IMG/VR virus record: IMGVR_UViG_3300010354_000002
Location: 1-64,000 of that record
Source: a virus
DNA: 64,000 bases
Reading direction: 5' to 3' (one strand)
Shown here: one piece after another, positions 11,127-20,612 of the stretch
Position numbering within the stretch: the stretch's first letter is position 1
Layout: each line of letters opens with the position of its first letter
Translations under genes and position numbers: made by a program
The notes under the pieces: generated by a model
Database searches by the model: none
Seen by the model: the letters and a program-made list of their open reading frames with translations, nothing else
What the model was told of the DNA's origin: nothing

Positions 11127-11771
11127 ATGTATTCCGTATTCGTTCGGACGGGGAGGGTTGGCAATCAACCCTCCCTTCAATATGGAAGGCCAGTCTATGG
11201 CGACGCCAAGCGACCTGCCGATGTAAGGTGGCTCGGGGTCAATGACCATGACTGTGCTATGTCTATCAAACGGACTCTAGAGCGAGTGGGCGACATGATT
11301 CGCAATGTGGATCATTCATTGTTCGTAGAACTGTTGCGTTGGGCATTGTTGGATTCCAAAGAGATTGGGGTATCCGAGAATGTTGGCCATGCAGTAGCAA
11401 AGCAGATATGGGACGAGTGGACGAAGTCCAAGCGGAATCGCATTGCCCACAAGGCCGACTCATTCACTGACGAACAACGGCTGGAACTTGCCATGGCATA
11501 TGTACACGGTCGCGCTGGAGCATTTCAGTTGCAACCTGTGCACATACCGCACAACAAGATTTTGACTCTTGCGACTCCAATCGGAGTTTTATATAAGAAC
11601 AACAGAGAGTCAAATGTTGCAGATTTGCAAAAAAACTTGACGCCGGAAGGGATCAAGGTTGTCAGGTTGACTATAGGTAAGCATCAAGTTGAACAGCCTG
11701 ACTTGGCTGGCGATCAGAGATTTGCGGTCATCAACCCGACTGCGGGGAAAAAAAACCATGCGACGTACTAA
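11127..11771 (+). CDS. Hypothetical protein
   Basis: 214 aa, closely packed in the operon; AAGGGG RBS. Confidence 0.7.
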   Translation: MYSVFVRTGRVGNQPSLQYGRPVYGDAKRPADVRWLGVNDHDCAMSIKRTLERVGDMIRNVDHSLFVELLRWALLDSKEIGVSENVGHAVAKQIWDEWTKSKRNRIAHKADSFTDEQRLELAMAYVHGRAGAFQLQPVHIPHNKILTLATPIGVLYKNNRESNVADLQKNLTPEGIKVVRLTIGKHQVEQPDLAGDQRFAVINPTAGKKNHATY

Positions 11772-13785
11772 AAAGCGTCTGCTGATCATCACAAAATCCC
11801 ACACGAATCCTGTGATGCATGAGCCGAAAGAAGGGCCGATTTCTGGTCTCGGTTCTCTGGAAGTCTTGCTGGCGTCTACCGTTCCAGACAACGAAAGGCA
11901 TGCCTCGCATCCGGTCATTGCCAAGGGAATACGCGTTGCGCCGATAGTCAAATCTGTCATTGGGGACAATCCTGACAATGGTGGACGTTATTTTGGTGCG
12001 CCACAACATGCATCTCCTCCAAGATATGGCGATCTGGATCGCGAAGCATCAATGCACCTCGCACCGCCATCGCATATGTCATCAAATTTGATGCGTTTTG
12101 TTCACTCATACATTAATAACTTTGTGCAGGAACAGCCGGGTAAAAAGATAACGCCATCCGATGTGTTGAAGAAGGTTTCGGAGTCCAAACTGTTTTCCAC
12201 TCCTGAAATCAAAACCGTTCTTGGCCATCATGGTTTTTCAGCCGAAAAGCCTGTTCATCCACAAGAATTCCTGACGCATATTGACGAAGGCAGGTTTGAC
12301 GGAGAAAATCCCCATCCTGAAAAAATACATCTTGAAACACGCATGATCCCCGGTCGTACAGATCGCTCGGGTCATTGGTACAACGACCGATTCAAGGATT
12401 TGCGCCCATGGTCGGAGCATGATCATCTGGAATTGGTAAATGGTGCAACTGGCAATATCTATCGCCCATATGTAGAAGACTCATACCGGGTCCATCTGTT
12501 GAGCGCGCCACACATAGGTCCCGAAGAATCACATTTTCCATTTGGCTCCTATGCCAACATGCCTCCCGGAACGCACAAAAACGGCGGTGTTGCGCATGCT
12601 CGCGGCTACGATGTAGAGGATGAGAATGGCAAAGTCTACAGTGTAACGTCTGAGCATCAATCTGATGTTTTGCAAGCAGGGCGGGGAAACACAAGATTCA
12701 AGACTCGTCCCAAAAAAGATCCCAGTGGCAATGTCATTGCTGGATCGGAGGAGGTCGTAACCGATCACTGGGGGTCGCCTCAGGTTGTATCCATTCCGCA
12801 AGAGACAGCCATAGGCGGAACTGATGATTGGCACAAAGCCATGCTCAATGCCACCATTGCCCATGCTCTGGAAACCGGCAAGGATGGCATCGAGTTTGGC
12901 GATCCGTCCATGATGAACGGTATGTGGGTTAGGCCGGATCATAGATCCGAAGCCATGAACGTGCATTACGACAGCAAGGCACGGAAGCATCTTGAGCAGT
13001 TTGCAAAACAATTCGGTGCGTCGGTTGAATATGTTCCCTATATGCTGAATTACCATGAGGCCGACAAGGCATTGGGCGAGGGACGCCAGTCGGTGACAGA
13101 CGAGGCTGCATATAGGCGTCAAGGTACTACTGATCGGTTTCGCAATACGCTGAAATTGCTTGCCGCACGTCAAAAATTGCCAAATGTTGACCCCAACAAC
13201 GTCTTTGGGATGAATGTACATTCTTTGGTTGACAGCCTAACCGAGTCCCGTGCACCGGGGCGAAACAGGACGCATCTTTTTACTCCCGAGCAATTAGCGC
13301 AACAGGCCAATGAAAACGGAGTTACCAATGTAAATGGTCAACCTATGAAGCCGGAGGACGTTATGACTGCTGTGGATTTCTGGCAGGTACTACATCAGAT
13401 GTATCACGATCATTCGCGAATGTATGATCGTGATAGCCAACCAGATCCACGGCTGGAACTCCTGAAAGAAAAAAACCCCGATGCCTACGAGGCCGTGAAA
13501 TCATGGCCGAAAGACAGGCCGGTAATCGTTCGCCCACGGCTTACATTTACTCCCGAAATGAAGGCGTTTCATCAGAAACAGGGGGTTGGGTTATGGGGCG
13601 TCAGCGGACCTGAAATGAACAACAAGATTGAAAATGCCATATCTAACTCGCCAGACAAGAAAAAAGATGGAAAGCAACCAACCCCTGAGGAATGGGTGAC
13701 GATACGTCAGAAAGCATCCTCGATGGGTGTTGATGTCAATACATTGTTGCGCCAAGGCATCTTGCGGGAATTGCGTGGCTTGTAG
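11758..13785 (+). CDS. Head-associated protein with a divergent QSD domain (fifth copy)
   Basis: HF…AHARG…SEHQSD…W…AHALETGKDGI…HYD motifs; N-terminal ITKS, IAKG and IVKS motifs. Confidence 0.8.
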   Translation: MRRTKKRLLIITKSHTNPVMHEPKEGPISGLGSLEVLLASTVPDNERHASHPVIAKGIRVAPIVKSVIGDNPDNGGRYFGAPQHASPPRYGDLDREASMHLAPPSHMSSNLMRFVHSYINNFVQEQPGKKITPSDVLKKVSESKLFSTPEIKTVLGHHGFSAEKPVHPQEFLTHIDEGRFDGENPHPEKIHLETRMIPGRTDRSGHWYNDRFKDLRPWSEHDHLELVNGATGNIYRPYVEDSYRVHLLSAPHIGPEESHFPFGSYANMPPGTHKNGGVAHARGYDVEDENGKVYSVTSEHQSDVLQAGRGNTRFKTRPKKDPSGNVIAGSEEVVTDHWGSPQVVSIPQETAIGGTDDWHKAMLNATIAHALETGKDGIEFGDPSMMNGMWVRPDHRSEAMNVHYDSKARKHLEQFAKQFGASVEYVPYMLNYHEADKALGEGRQSVTDEAAYRRQGTTDRFRNTLKLLAARQKLPNVDPNNVFGMNVHSLVDSLTESRAPGRNRTHLFTPEQLAQQANENGVTNVNGQPMKPEDVMTAVDFWQVLHQMYHDHSRMYDRDSQPDPRLELLKEKNPDAYEAVKSWPKDRPVIVRPRLTFTPEMKAFHQKQGVGLWGVSGPEMNNKIENAISNSPDKKKDGKQPTPEEWVTIRQKASSMGVDVNTLLRQGILRELRGL

Positions 13786-13797
13786 AATGGTAGTGTC

Positions 13798-16700
13798 ATG
13801 CCCAATCCATCCGCAATAAATGCCCATAGGCAGTGGTGGCGACAAAATCGTCCTGCGCGTGTTGCCCGCGAAGAGTTCGTACCAATCATCATCCGACACG
13901 GCAAGGATGATGAGATTGGCAGTTTGGCATATGCCGCTCGTATCCACGGGCCACAGGATCAAATTGCGCGTGCGTTTGCCAGTGCAGGCACAGTGGAGAA
14001 AGCGATCTCGGACGGTCGTTGGATTACCCTCCATCCAAATGGCAAAGACGAAGCAGGACATCCTGTTTTGATCAAGGACAACCCAGACGGTACGGCCACC
14101 ATTGTTGGTGGAATTGGTGGGAAACTCAATGGGTTTCGCATGTCTCTGGTGCGATCCGAAGATGATTACAAGGCCGAGATTGCCAGCCGTGGGAAAGAAG
14201 AGCGCGCTCGCCTGAAAGCCGAAAAGGAGGCCATCATTGCCGCCCAAGGCGCGGAGGAATACAACCGCCATCAAGAGGAATTGGCCTTTGACAAGGAGCA
14301 ACGAAAGGCTAAAAAACTAGAAGCCGCAGAGCATCTGGCGCGAACCGTACTGACGGCGCAAGGCATCAATGCAGACTCTGTTCTGGAAGTCCCTGACGAG
14401 GTTATGGCGGCCGCCAAGAGTCCCAAACAGGCCGAGCGAATCAAGGAGGCGCATGTGCTTGGTGTCGCCAAGCATGCTCGCCAAGTAGCCCAAGAGGTAC
14501 GTCAGAGGGTAGTCACAGCACTTGAGGCCCAGCAGCCCGTCGAAGGCGTCGCATTTGCGGATATCGTGCGAGAGGCATTGTCTGGGAAGACGCCGGGATA
14601 TGCAGTGAATCCTGAACGCATTGCGGTATCCCGAGGAATTGCGCCAAGCCCCGAATCAATCGGTGATATCCGTGAACAAAGTTTCCTGCTACGCGCAGAC
14701 AATGACGAGGCACTTGCGGCGCAACGCATGGCCAGCGTTGCCAAATTGCAGGCCGGGGCGGCTTCTGCTAGGGCCGCAATAAAAGATGCGCTAGAGGCGT
14801 CTGCTGTCCACGGAGCGGGGCCGCACGCCCTCGGTGGCATGAATGCCAAGCCGGTGGACGTGGAGAATGCTGGTGCCATTCTTGCGGCTGCAAATGCCTA
14901 CCGCGAGGCGAGCAGATCCAAGCCGCCTGCTGGCATGCGCTCCGTTGCGCCAGTGACGTTCCATCCAGATCACGAAGGCGAGGATATTCCAGTCCAGTCG
15001 CTAATGGATGAATTGCGAACCCGGGCAGTTTCCAAACTTGTTGACATAAGCAACAAAGAGGAAGCAGCAGGGAACTCGTTATATTCGCACATCTCATCCG
15101 GGCGGTATGCAGAACTAGCCGGAATCACCGGACAGTTGCTTCCGGGCGCAACAGTTGACCCTGCCTTGGTGGACTTCCTCGGGTCGGAAGGTGCATCGCA
15201 TCTTGTGGCACTAGCGGCCTTGGAAACCGTGGGGCAGGAAGGTCTCGCAAAATACCGGGACGGCCTTGTGCAGAGTCATCTGGATAGGCAAGTCGCACAA
15301 TGCGACAAGGCTGTAGATGATGCCAGTGTCCTGATGAACAGGGCTGGTGCTCCGCTGTCGTTCGATGCGGACAATGCGCAGTCCATGATTGCTACGTGGG
15401 GTGCGATTGCCGAACGCAACCAACTGCTTTCAACTGCGCGTGAGCATCTCGGCAAAGCCCGGGGACGTCTGGAGGCTACGGCGTCTGCCATCAAGGCAAT
15501 TGATGGAGTATTGATTAATCCCGACAGGGGGCTGTCGGTCACCGTGCCGGGGTCATACAAGCAAGTTGCAACCATGGCGGCCGTCATGTTGCCGGGGTTG
15601 GAATTGGGGCGAGACTATACTCTGGTCTCCCCCGAATCCAATCTTATGGCGTTGGATATCACCGCAGATGGCGTCCGTAAACTGGCGTCGTCATCTGGCC
15701 TTTCAATCTCCGACGATGTGGCGAAGAGGCTTGAAGTTGTGCGTCAATCCGCAAATACGAGTGGCAAACTGCCACTTGGCCTTCGCAGGGAGATTGATGC
15801 GAAAGGCCCCGTGCACGGAGCCGCGACAACGGAATATGGCGAGTTGTCCGATAAAGAGCACGCCATGATTCGATCCTATTGGTGCGAAAGCCAAGGCATT
15901 GAAGCGGCGCAGGAATGCGATCCGTTTGGAGTACTGAAGCCAGATCAGGAACCAGTGTGGCGTCGTTATCAGGATGCTGTGAACAACGGCAATGAAGTTG
16001 AGATGATGCAGTCTGATTTGGCTGGGCGTTTTGACGCCCTTTCCAAGTTGGACTTGGATGACAACAAGGCGGTGATCGGATTCGGCAGCCGTATGGCTGA
16101 CATCTTGGGTCTGGATGTGGTTGCCGATGCGAATGGCAATCCTATCTCCATTCCGCAATTGGATGCACGCAAGACCGAGTACAACAAAGCCAGATTCATG
16201 CGTCCGCGCATCATCAAGTTTATGCGCACCTTTTGGGCCGCGACCCAAGGGGCAGACTATTTCGACCCGGCAAACATCAAGCCTGTGTCGAAGGCTTGGG
16301 CGTCGTTTGTCCAGCGTAGCGGTGGCGATATGGCCGCTGTAGCCAGCGTGCAAGATCAAATGAAGCAAGACCCGGATGTCATGGTCATGCAAGGCAAACC
16401 ACTTCGCCTTACCGATGGCCAAGAGCGCATGATCGGGATGATCATTGGAAACCGCAGGATGGCGGCTGGCCTTGGCGCAGGTGCTGGCAAAACCTTGGTT
16501 ATGATGGGGTCGTTTGCCCAATTGCGAAACGATGGGCAAGCGCAACGAGCATTGATCGCTGTCCCATCTGCTGTGGTCGGTCAGTTTGAATCCGAGTGGA
16601 ACAAGTTCGTAGATCCGCAATATGGCATGACCATGCATGCGGCTACCGGTAACGCCGCTAAGACGTCCGAGGCGATGGGCGGGGCGGCTGATTTTGTGGT

Positions 16701-17904
16701 GATGACGCACGAGGGTCTGCGTAAGCGGCTGTTGGATGCGTGTGCGGATGAGATGGGTACAACGTCAGATCGTGCTGGTGATGCATTGCTCAACATGCCT
16801 CCAGCCGAGGTTGACCAAGTGCTCCACAAGGCGATGCACCGTAACAACTGGGACTTCGACTACGTTGCCTATGACGAAGGACACAAAACGCTAGGGCGTG
16901 CTGGCAAAGAGGAGTCGTTGCTCTCCACGCTTCTGGACTCTGCCGCTCGCTTGCGGACACAGGACGGAAAACTTCCCTACTACGTGTTCGCAACTGCCGA
17001 CCCGGCGAAAAACGACGTCAGCGAATTGCATAGCCTGCTTGGCAAGATTGACCCCGAGCGGTTTACGCCCGAGAATCGTGACCAGTTCGTGCGTTCTTAC
17101 GGGCGTAACACCGAAGATTGTGCGGTTGCCCTGCGCAACATGATGTCCCCGTACATCTATACGCAACCAGCAGAGGTGCCTGTGAAGCAAACCCGGGATG
17201 ACGTGATCGTGCCATTGACTGAAGAAGAACGCCAGACGCACGACTCCATCCAACAGGCTTATCAGGCGGCCCGTCTCGGAAGAGCCATGGGAACGCCTAA
17301 TGTGGAGGCAGAGAAGATTCTAGGGGCGACCAATCCCAAGGCCTTGGCACTGTCGCGGGACAATGCCATCAGCCGAGCATTGCTCTGGAGTCCGTCCAGC
17401 AGCAAGGCAAACTGGGTGAGGAAAAAACTCCAGCAAGAGCAAGGGCGTGGCACGGTGATCTTCGCTCGTAATCGTGCATCGGTAGAAGCCCTCAAGAAGA
17501 TTTTGGAATCGGACGGGCATCGTGTTGACACTCTGACGGGTGCGGACAGCGGTGTGGGCAAGCGTAAGAAACGCGAGGCATTTCAGAACGAGGAACATGA
17601 CATTCTCATCTGCACCGATGCGGCAGAGGCTGGAATGAACCTTCAACGTGGCAATCTGATGATCAACTTTGACGTACCTATGACGGCAAAGACGCTGGAG
17701 CAACGTATAGCCCGACAAGTTCGCATGGGTCAGCAGCGAGACGTTGATGTATTCAACCTTGTCTCCGATTGCCATTGGGATCGTCGAAACCTGCAACGGC
17801 TGAAGGGCAAAGGCACGTTGCGCGAAATCATTACCAGCCCGTTTGAGTTGTCCGACGATACAGGCCGTGTGGAAGAGCGAGTGCGGACGGAGGCTGGCGT
17901 ATGA
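13798..17904 (+). CDS. SNF2-family SF2 helicase/translocase with long N-terminal extension (DarB-like virion protein)
   Basis: Motif I LGAGAGKT, motif II YDEGH, C-terminal TDAAEAGMNLQ…EQRIARQVRMGQ; N-terminal RWITLHPNG motif. Confidence 0.85.
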   Translation: MPNPSAINAHRQWWRQNRPARVAREEFVPIIIRHGKDDEIGSLAYAARIHGPQDQIARAFASAGTVEKAISDGRWITLHPNGKDEAGHPVLIKDNPDGTATIVGGIGGKLNGFRMSLVRSEDDYKAEIASRGKEERARLKAEKEAIIAAQGAEEYNRHQEELAFDKEQRKAKKLEAAEHLARTVLTAQGINADSVLEVPDEVMAAAKSPKQAERIKEAHVLGVAKHARQVAQEVRQRVVTALEAQQPVEGVAFADIVREALSGKTPGYAVNPERIAVSRGIAPSPESIGDIREQSFLLRADNDEALAAQRMASVAKLQAGAASARAAIKDALEASAVHGAGPHALGGMNAKPVDVENAGAILAAANAYREASRSKPPAGMRSVAPVTFHPDHEGEDIPVQSLMDELRTRAVSKLVDISNKEEAAGNSLYSHISSGRYAELAGITGQLLPGATVDPALVDFLGSEGASHLVALAALETVGQEGLAKYRDGLVQSHLDRQVAQCDKAVDDASVLMNRAGAPLSFDADNAQSMIATWGAIAERNQLLSTAREHLGKARGRLEATASAIKAIDGVLINPDRGLSVTVPGSYKQVATMAAVMLPGLELGRDYTLVSPESNLMALDITADGVRKLASSSGLSISDDVAKRLEVVRQSANTSGKLPLGLRREIDAKGPVHGAATTEYGELSDKEHAMIRSYWCESQGIEAAQECDPFGVLKPDQEPVWRRYQDAVNNGNEVEMMQSDLAGRFDALSKLDLDDNKAVIGFGSRMADILGLDVVADANGNPISIPQLDARKTEYNKARFMRPRIIKFMRTFWAATQGADYFDPANIKPVSKAWASFVQRSGGDMAAVASVQDQMKQDPDVMVMQGKPLRLTDGQERMIGMIIGNRRMAAGLGAGAGKTLVMMGSFAQLRNDGQAQRALIAVPSAVVGQFESEWNKFVDPQYGMTMHAATGNAAKTSEAMGGAADFVVMTHEGLRKRLLDACADEMGTTSDRAGDALLNMPPAEVDQVLHKAMHRNNWDFDYVAYDEGHKTLGRAGKEESLLSTLLDSAARLRTQDGKLPYYVFATADPAKNDVSELHSLLGKIDPERFTPENRDQFVRSYGRNTEDCAVALRNMMSPYIYTQPAEVPVKQTRDDVIVPLTEEERQTHDSIQQAYQAARLGRAMGTPNVEAEKILGATNPKALALSRDNAISRALLWSPSSSKANWVRKKLQQEQGRGTVIFARNRASVEALKKILESDGHRVDTLTGADSGVGKRKKREAFQNEEHDILICTDAAEAGMNLQRGNLMINFDVPMTAKTLEQRIARQVRMGQQRDVDVFNLVSDCHWDRRNLQRLKGKGTLREIITSPFELSDDTGRVEERVRTEAGV

Positions 17905-18110
17905 ACATGGATTCCATGTTGAAACAACTGTTTGACGTCATGGACGAAGCCATGGCCAAGTGCCATCGTTGCCAGACTGGTATTGACCACACCGCAAAAT
18001 CCATACGCGTGCTAGCCGATGAGAAGGCGGGACGTATGCCAGACACTGACAAGAACACATATATCCGTGCGGCTCTGTCGCAGATCGCATCTGCGCCCAT
18101 TGACGAATGA
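17901..18110 (+). CDS. Small hypothetical protein
   Basis: ATGA overlaps at both ends; GGAGG RBS. Confidence 0.65.
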   Translation: MNMDSMLKQLFDVMDEAMAKCHRCQTGIDHTAKSIRVLADEKAGRMPDTDKNTYIRAALSQIASAPIDE

Positions 18111-18310
18111 GAATTCTTGTACGCAATGACGAACGCATCGTGGCACGCTGTCCGCATTGTCATGCTGTCGTATTGCGTCGAAGTGGGGACGGGCTTCAGA
18201 CAGTCGGCCAAAGCATTGTCCTAAAACAAGGCAAGATCGGCGGAGAATGCCGATCTTGCTTGCGACGATGGCTGGTTGCGATACCTGATTTTGTCATGCA
18301 GGTGGCGTAG
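18107..18310 (+). CDS. Small zinc-ribbon protein (Com-like regulator candidate)
   Basis: CPHC…CRSC; last gene of the operon. Confidence 0.6.
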   Translation: MRILVRNDERIVARCPHCHAVVLRRSGDGLQTVGQSIVLKQGKIGGECRSCLRRWLVAIPDFVMQVA

Positions 18311-18626
18311 TGGGCCATACACCCCAAGCATCCCACTCGCAGTCATAGCCGAATATATGGTCGGGGCCGCAACAGTCGGATGTCAGGATTCCTGCCGCGC
18401 TCTGCGCTTCGGTCTTCAGATCGTCAAAGGACAGGTTGCGCAATAGGTTGCAAAGGATTGGCAACTTGCCGTCCTTGATCCATTGATCGTCGTCCCACCA
18501 TCCAACAGGGTATCCACGGGCTGAGGCCAACAAGACAACACCAAGCCATGACTCGGGGCCATCTCCCACAAAGTATGGCCCCTGTGACAACATATGATGT
18601 GAATAGACAGGTCGTTGAATATACAT
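18294..18626 (-). CDS. Hypothetical protein
   Basis: Start MYIQRPV with a GAGG RBS; converges on the head operon. Confidence 0.55.
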   Translation of the reverse strand: MYIQRPVYSHHMLSQGPYFVGDGPESWLGVVLLASARGYPVGWWDDDQWIKDGKLPILCNLLRNLSFDDLKTEAQSAAGILTSDCCGPDHIFGYDCEWDAWGVWPTTPPA

Positions 18627-18677
18627 ATGTTTACGCCTCATATATACAAACAGGTCGTTTGATATACATATGGTTAC
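18607..18677. repeat. 28-bp direct repeat, two copies (25/28 identical)
   Basis: ACAGGTCGTTGAATATACATATGTTTAC (18607-18634) and ACAGGTCGTTTGATATACATATGGTTAC (18650-18677). Confidence 0.85.
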
Positions 18678-18910
18678 ACATTCTGTTGATACTGATAGGT
18701 CAAATCCAAGATTTGACTATATGTGAGATACGGAAAACTCGCTTCTATCTCATCAAGAATTTCGCTAGAATGGTCAGAGGCGGCTTCAAGGGCGTACTCC
18801 GAAACAGGAAACCCACGATCGCGCCGTAGCAACAGTCGCTGTTCTTTGCGGTCAGCCTTTCCGAAAGCCTTGATCAATTGTTCCAACTCAGGGGTGATGT
18901 CAGTGCTCAT
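18674..18910 (-). CDS. Hypothetical early protein
   Basis: 78 aa with an AAGGA RBS. Confidence 0.7.
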   Translation of the reverse strand: MSTDITPELEQLIKAFGKADRKEQRLLLRRDRGFPVSEYALEAASDHSSEILDEIEASFPYLTYSQILDLTYQYQQNV

Positions 18911-18982
18911 AATTCTGTGTCCTTGATCTTGATAAGGTGGCCCGGATCTTAGGCCCGGGCCTTGGTGTCATCGTTTGAGGGG

Positions 18983-19183
18983 TTACTGCAAATAGCCTTG
19001 TCGTTTCAACTGAAGCGTCAAAGTTTCATGCGATTTCGCATGATCGCAATGCACGCAGTCGCCATCTTCGCAAGGTCGCCACACTCCGTCATTGCCAGTG
19101 TGTCGTTCGTGTTCCACAATTTCCTGTTCCCATTCCTTGGGGATTTCAAGCATCAGCCCCGTGGTCGCAGTCGTGGTCGTCAT
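18983..19183 (-). CDS. Hypothetical early protein (Cys/His cluster)
   Basis: AAGGAG RBS before MTTTTAT; CEDGDCVHC. Confidence 0.65.
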   Translation of the reverse strand: MTTTTATTGLMLEIPKEWEQEIVEHERHTGNDGVWRPCEDGDCVHCDHAKSHETLTLQLKRQGYLQ

Positions 19184-19236
19184 GGTTCGTTTCTCCTTAA
19201 TCTTGATGAGATGTCCCGAGTTTTCTTGGCTTTGAA

Positions 19237-19446
19237 TCAATACAACAAAAACGTCCTGTCAAAAGCCCCGGGTGTTTCACCAACACGGAACCACGTTCCA
19301 TCCTTCCGCAGGGAGATTGCGAATTCCAAACCACAATCATCGCGCTTGACCACAACCTTACGATTGGTCTTGACTTCCACTACCGTGTAGTCAACGTACG
19401 ACGAATAAAATTGAATATGAAACTTGGTGCCGATCTTGATATCCAT
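19237..19446 (-). CDS. Small beta-barrel-like early protein
   Basis: AAGGAG RBS; YTVVEV…SLRKDGTW resembles the 29619 and 56619 ORFs. Confidence 0.7.
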   Translation of the reverse strand: MDIKIGTKFHIQFYSSYVDYTVVEVKTNRKVVVKRDDCGLEFAISLRKDGTWFRVGETPGAFDRTFLLY

Positions 19447-19516
19447 CTTAGTTTCTCCTTGATGTGGGCATTCTGCCCTACGCAGGTAGAGTACAACATC
19501 AGTTCTGTGTTGTCAA
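19447..19516 (-). promoter_or_regulatory. Early promoter/hairpin/RBS cassette
   Basis: TTGACA-17-TACTCT, then hairpin GGGCAGAATGCCC, then AAGGAG. Confidence 0.8.
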
Positions 19517-19652
19517 CACCAAGCACACAAAAATTCCAAGTTTTTTTGGCATCCCCGCTACCGTCCGAAATGTGATAAAAAAGCGTTGTCATTGCCGCCC
19601 TGATGTTCCTGAGGGAGTGTCGGGTGGCTTTTTGTCGTTTGGGGATAACGCT

Positions 19653-20612
19653 ATGGCGCAAATGTTGCCGTTTGAAACAACCATTGCCATCAAGGCCATG
19701 CCCGATGATTACAACGGGTCGTGGGTTATTGACGGCCCTGTAGGGTCGGACGAAAAAGACTACGATGGCGAGACCATGGAACCGCACGGCGTGTGGAAGG
19801 GCATGGACATGTTTGACCTGCTTGGTCGGCATGTGGACTACGAGCACCAGTATCGAAAAAGCCTGAACCCTCGCTTTCTGATCGGAGTCGGTGTTGATCG
19901 GCGTCTTGAAAAGGGCGTCTGCCACCTTCGGGCCGAACTCTACAAGGACAAGGAACTGGCAAAGTCCTTGTGGGAGCACTTGAACACCAAGACGGCTGCT
20001 GGCGAAAATGGCTACGCTGGCTACAGCATCGAAGGCCGTGTGCTGGAGCGAGACCCGAAAGATCGCAACATCATCAAGAATGTTGAGGTCCACCGTGTCA
20101 CTGTGTCCATGTCTCCCAAGGGTTTCGGCAAGACTCGTGTCCTGCCCGTGCAATCGGTAATCAAGGCTGCTCTGGACGAGGATGGAGTCAAGAGCATTGC
20201 CCCGGAATCGTGGGTTGGCGAGGACGCATGGGATGCGTTCCATGCGGTTCTGACATCCGAGGAGATTCCGCTTCCCCGATATTCCCAGATCGGTACGATC
20301 ATCAAGGCGTACATGACTGGGTCCGAGATTGTCGCACCGGGTGCTGGAGACATCGCCCCGTTGCGTCAGCAGTCACTGATTGGTCCTCCGGTGGTCCAGA
20401 AAGCCTCGGAGGCGACCAAGAAGCCGTCGCGCCCCACAGCGCGGCAGACGAAGCCGACGTCGTCAAAACCCCGCCCGACGACGTCTACGGTGCGCAAGGC
20501 CGACGAAACCGAAAAGGCCGTTGCGTGCTGGGGTGACTGGCTTGCCAGTCGCGGCATGGACACACGACTCGCTCGCGTGATCCACAAAAAACTGGAGAAG
20601 ACCTATGCCTAA
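19653..20612 (+). CDS. Prohead protease
   Basis: EKDYDGE, VDYEH and GYSIEG motifs; lies directly upstream of scaffold and capsid genes. Confidence 0.8.
   Translation: MAQMLPFETTIAIKAMPDDYNGSWVIDGPVGSDEKDYDGETMEPHGVWKGMDMFDLLGRHVDYEHQYRKSLNPRFLIGVGVDRRLEKGVCHLRAELYKDKELAKSLWEHLNTKTAAGENGYAGYSIEGRVLERDPKDRNIIKNVEVHRVTVSMSPKGFGKTRVLPVQSVIKAALDEDGVKSIAPESWVGEDAWDAFHAVLTSEEIPLPRYSQIGTIIKAYMTGSEIVAPGAGDIAPLRQQSLIGPPVVQKASEATKKPSRPTARQTKPTSSKPRPTTSTVRKADETEKAVACWGDWLASRGMDTRLARVIHKKLEKTYA

Noticed and set aside
15703-16710. Long antisense ORFs (for example 335 aa here, 287 aa at 19380-20243, 230 aa at 12529-13221)
   Set aside because: They shadow motif-bearing genes on the opposite strand and show no recognisable motifs of their own.
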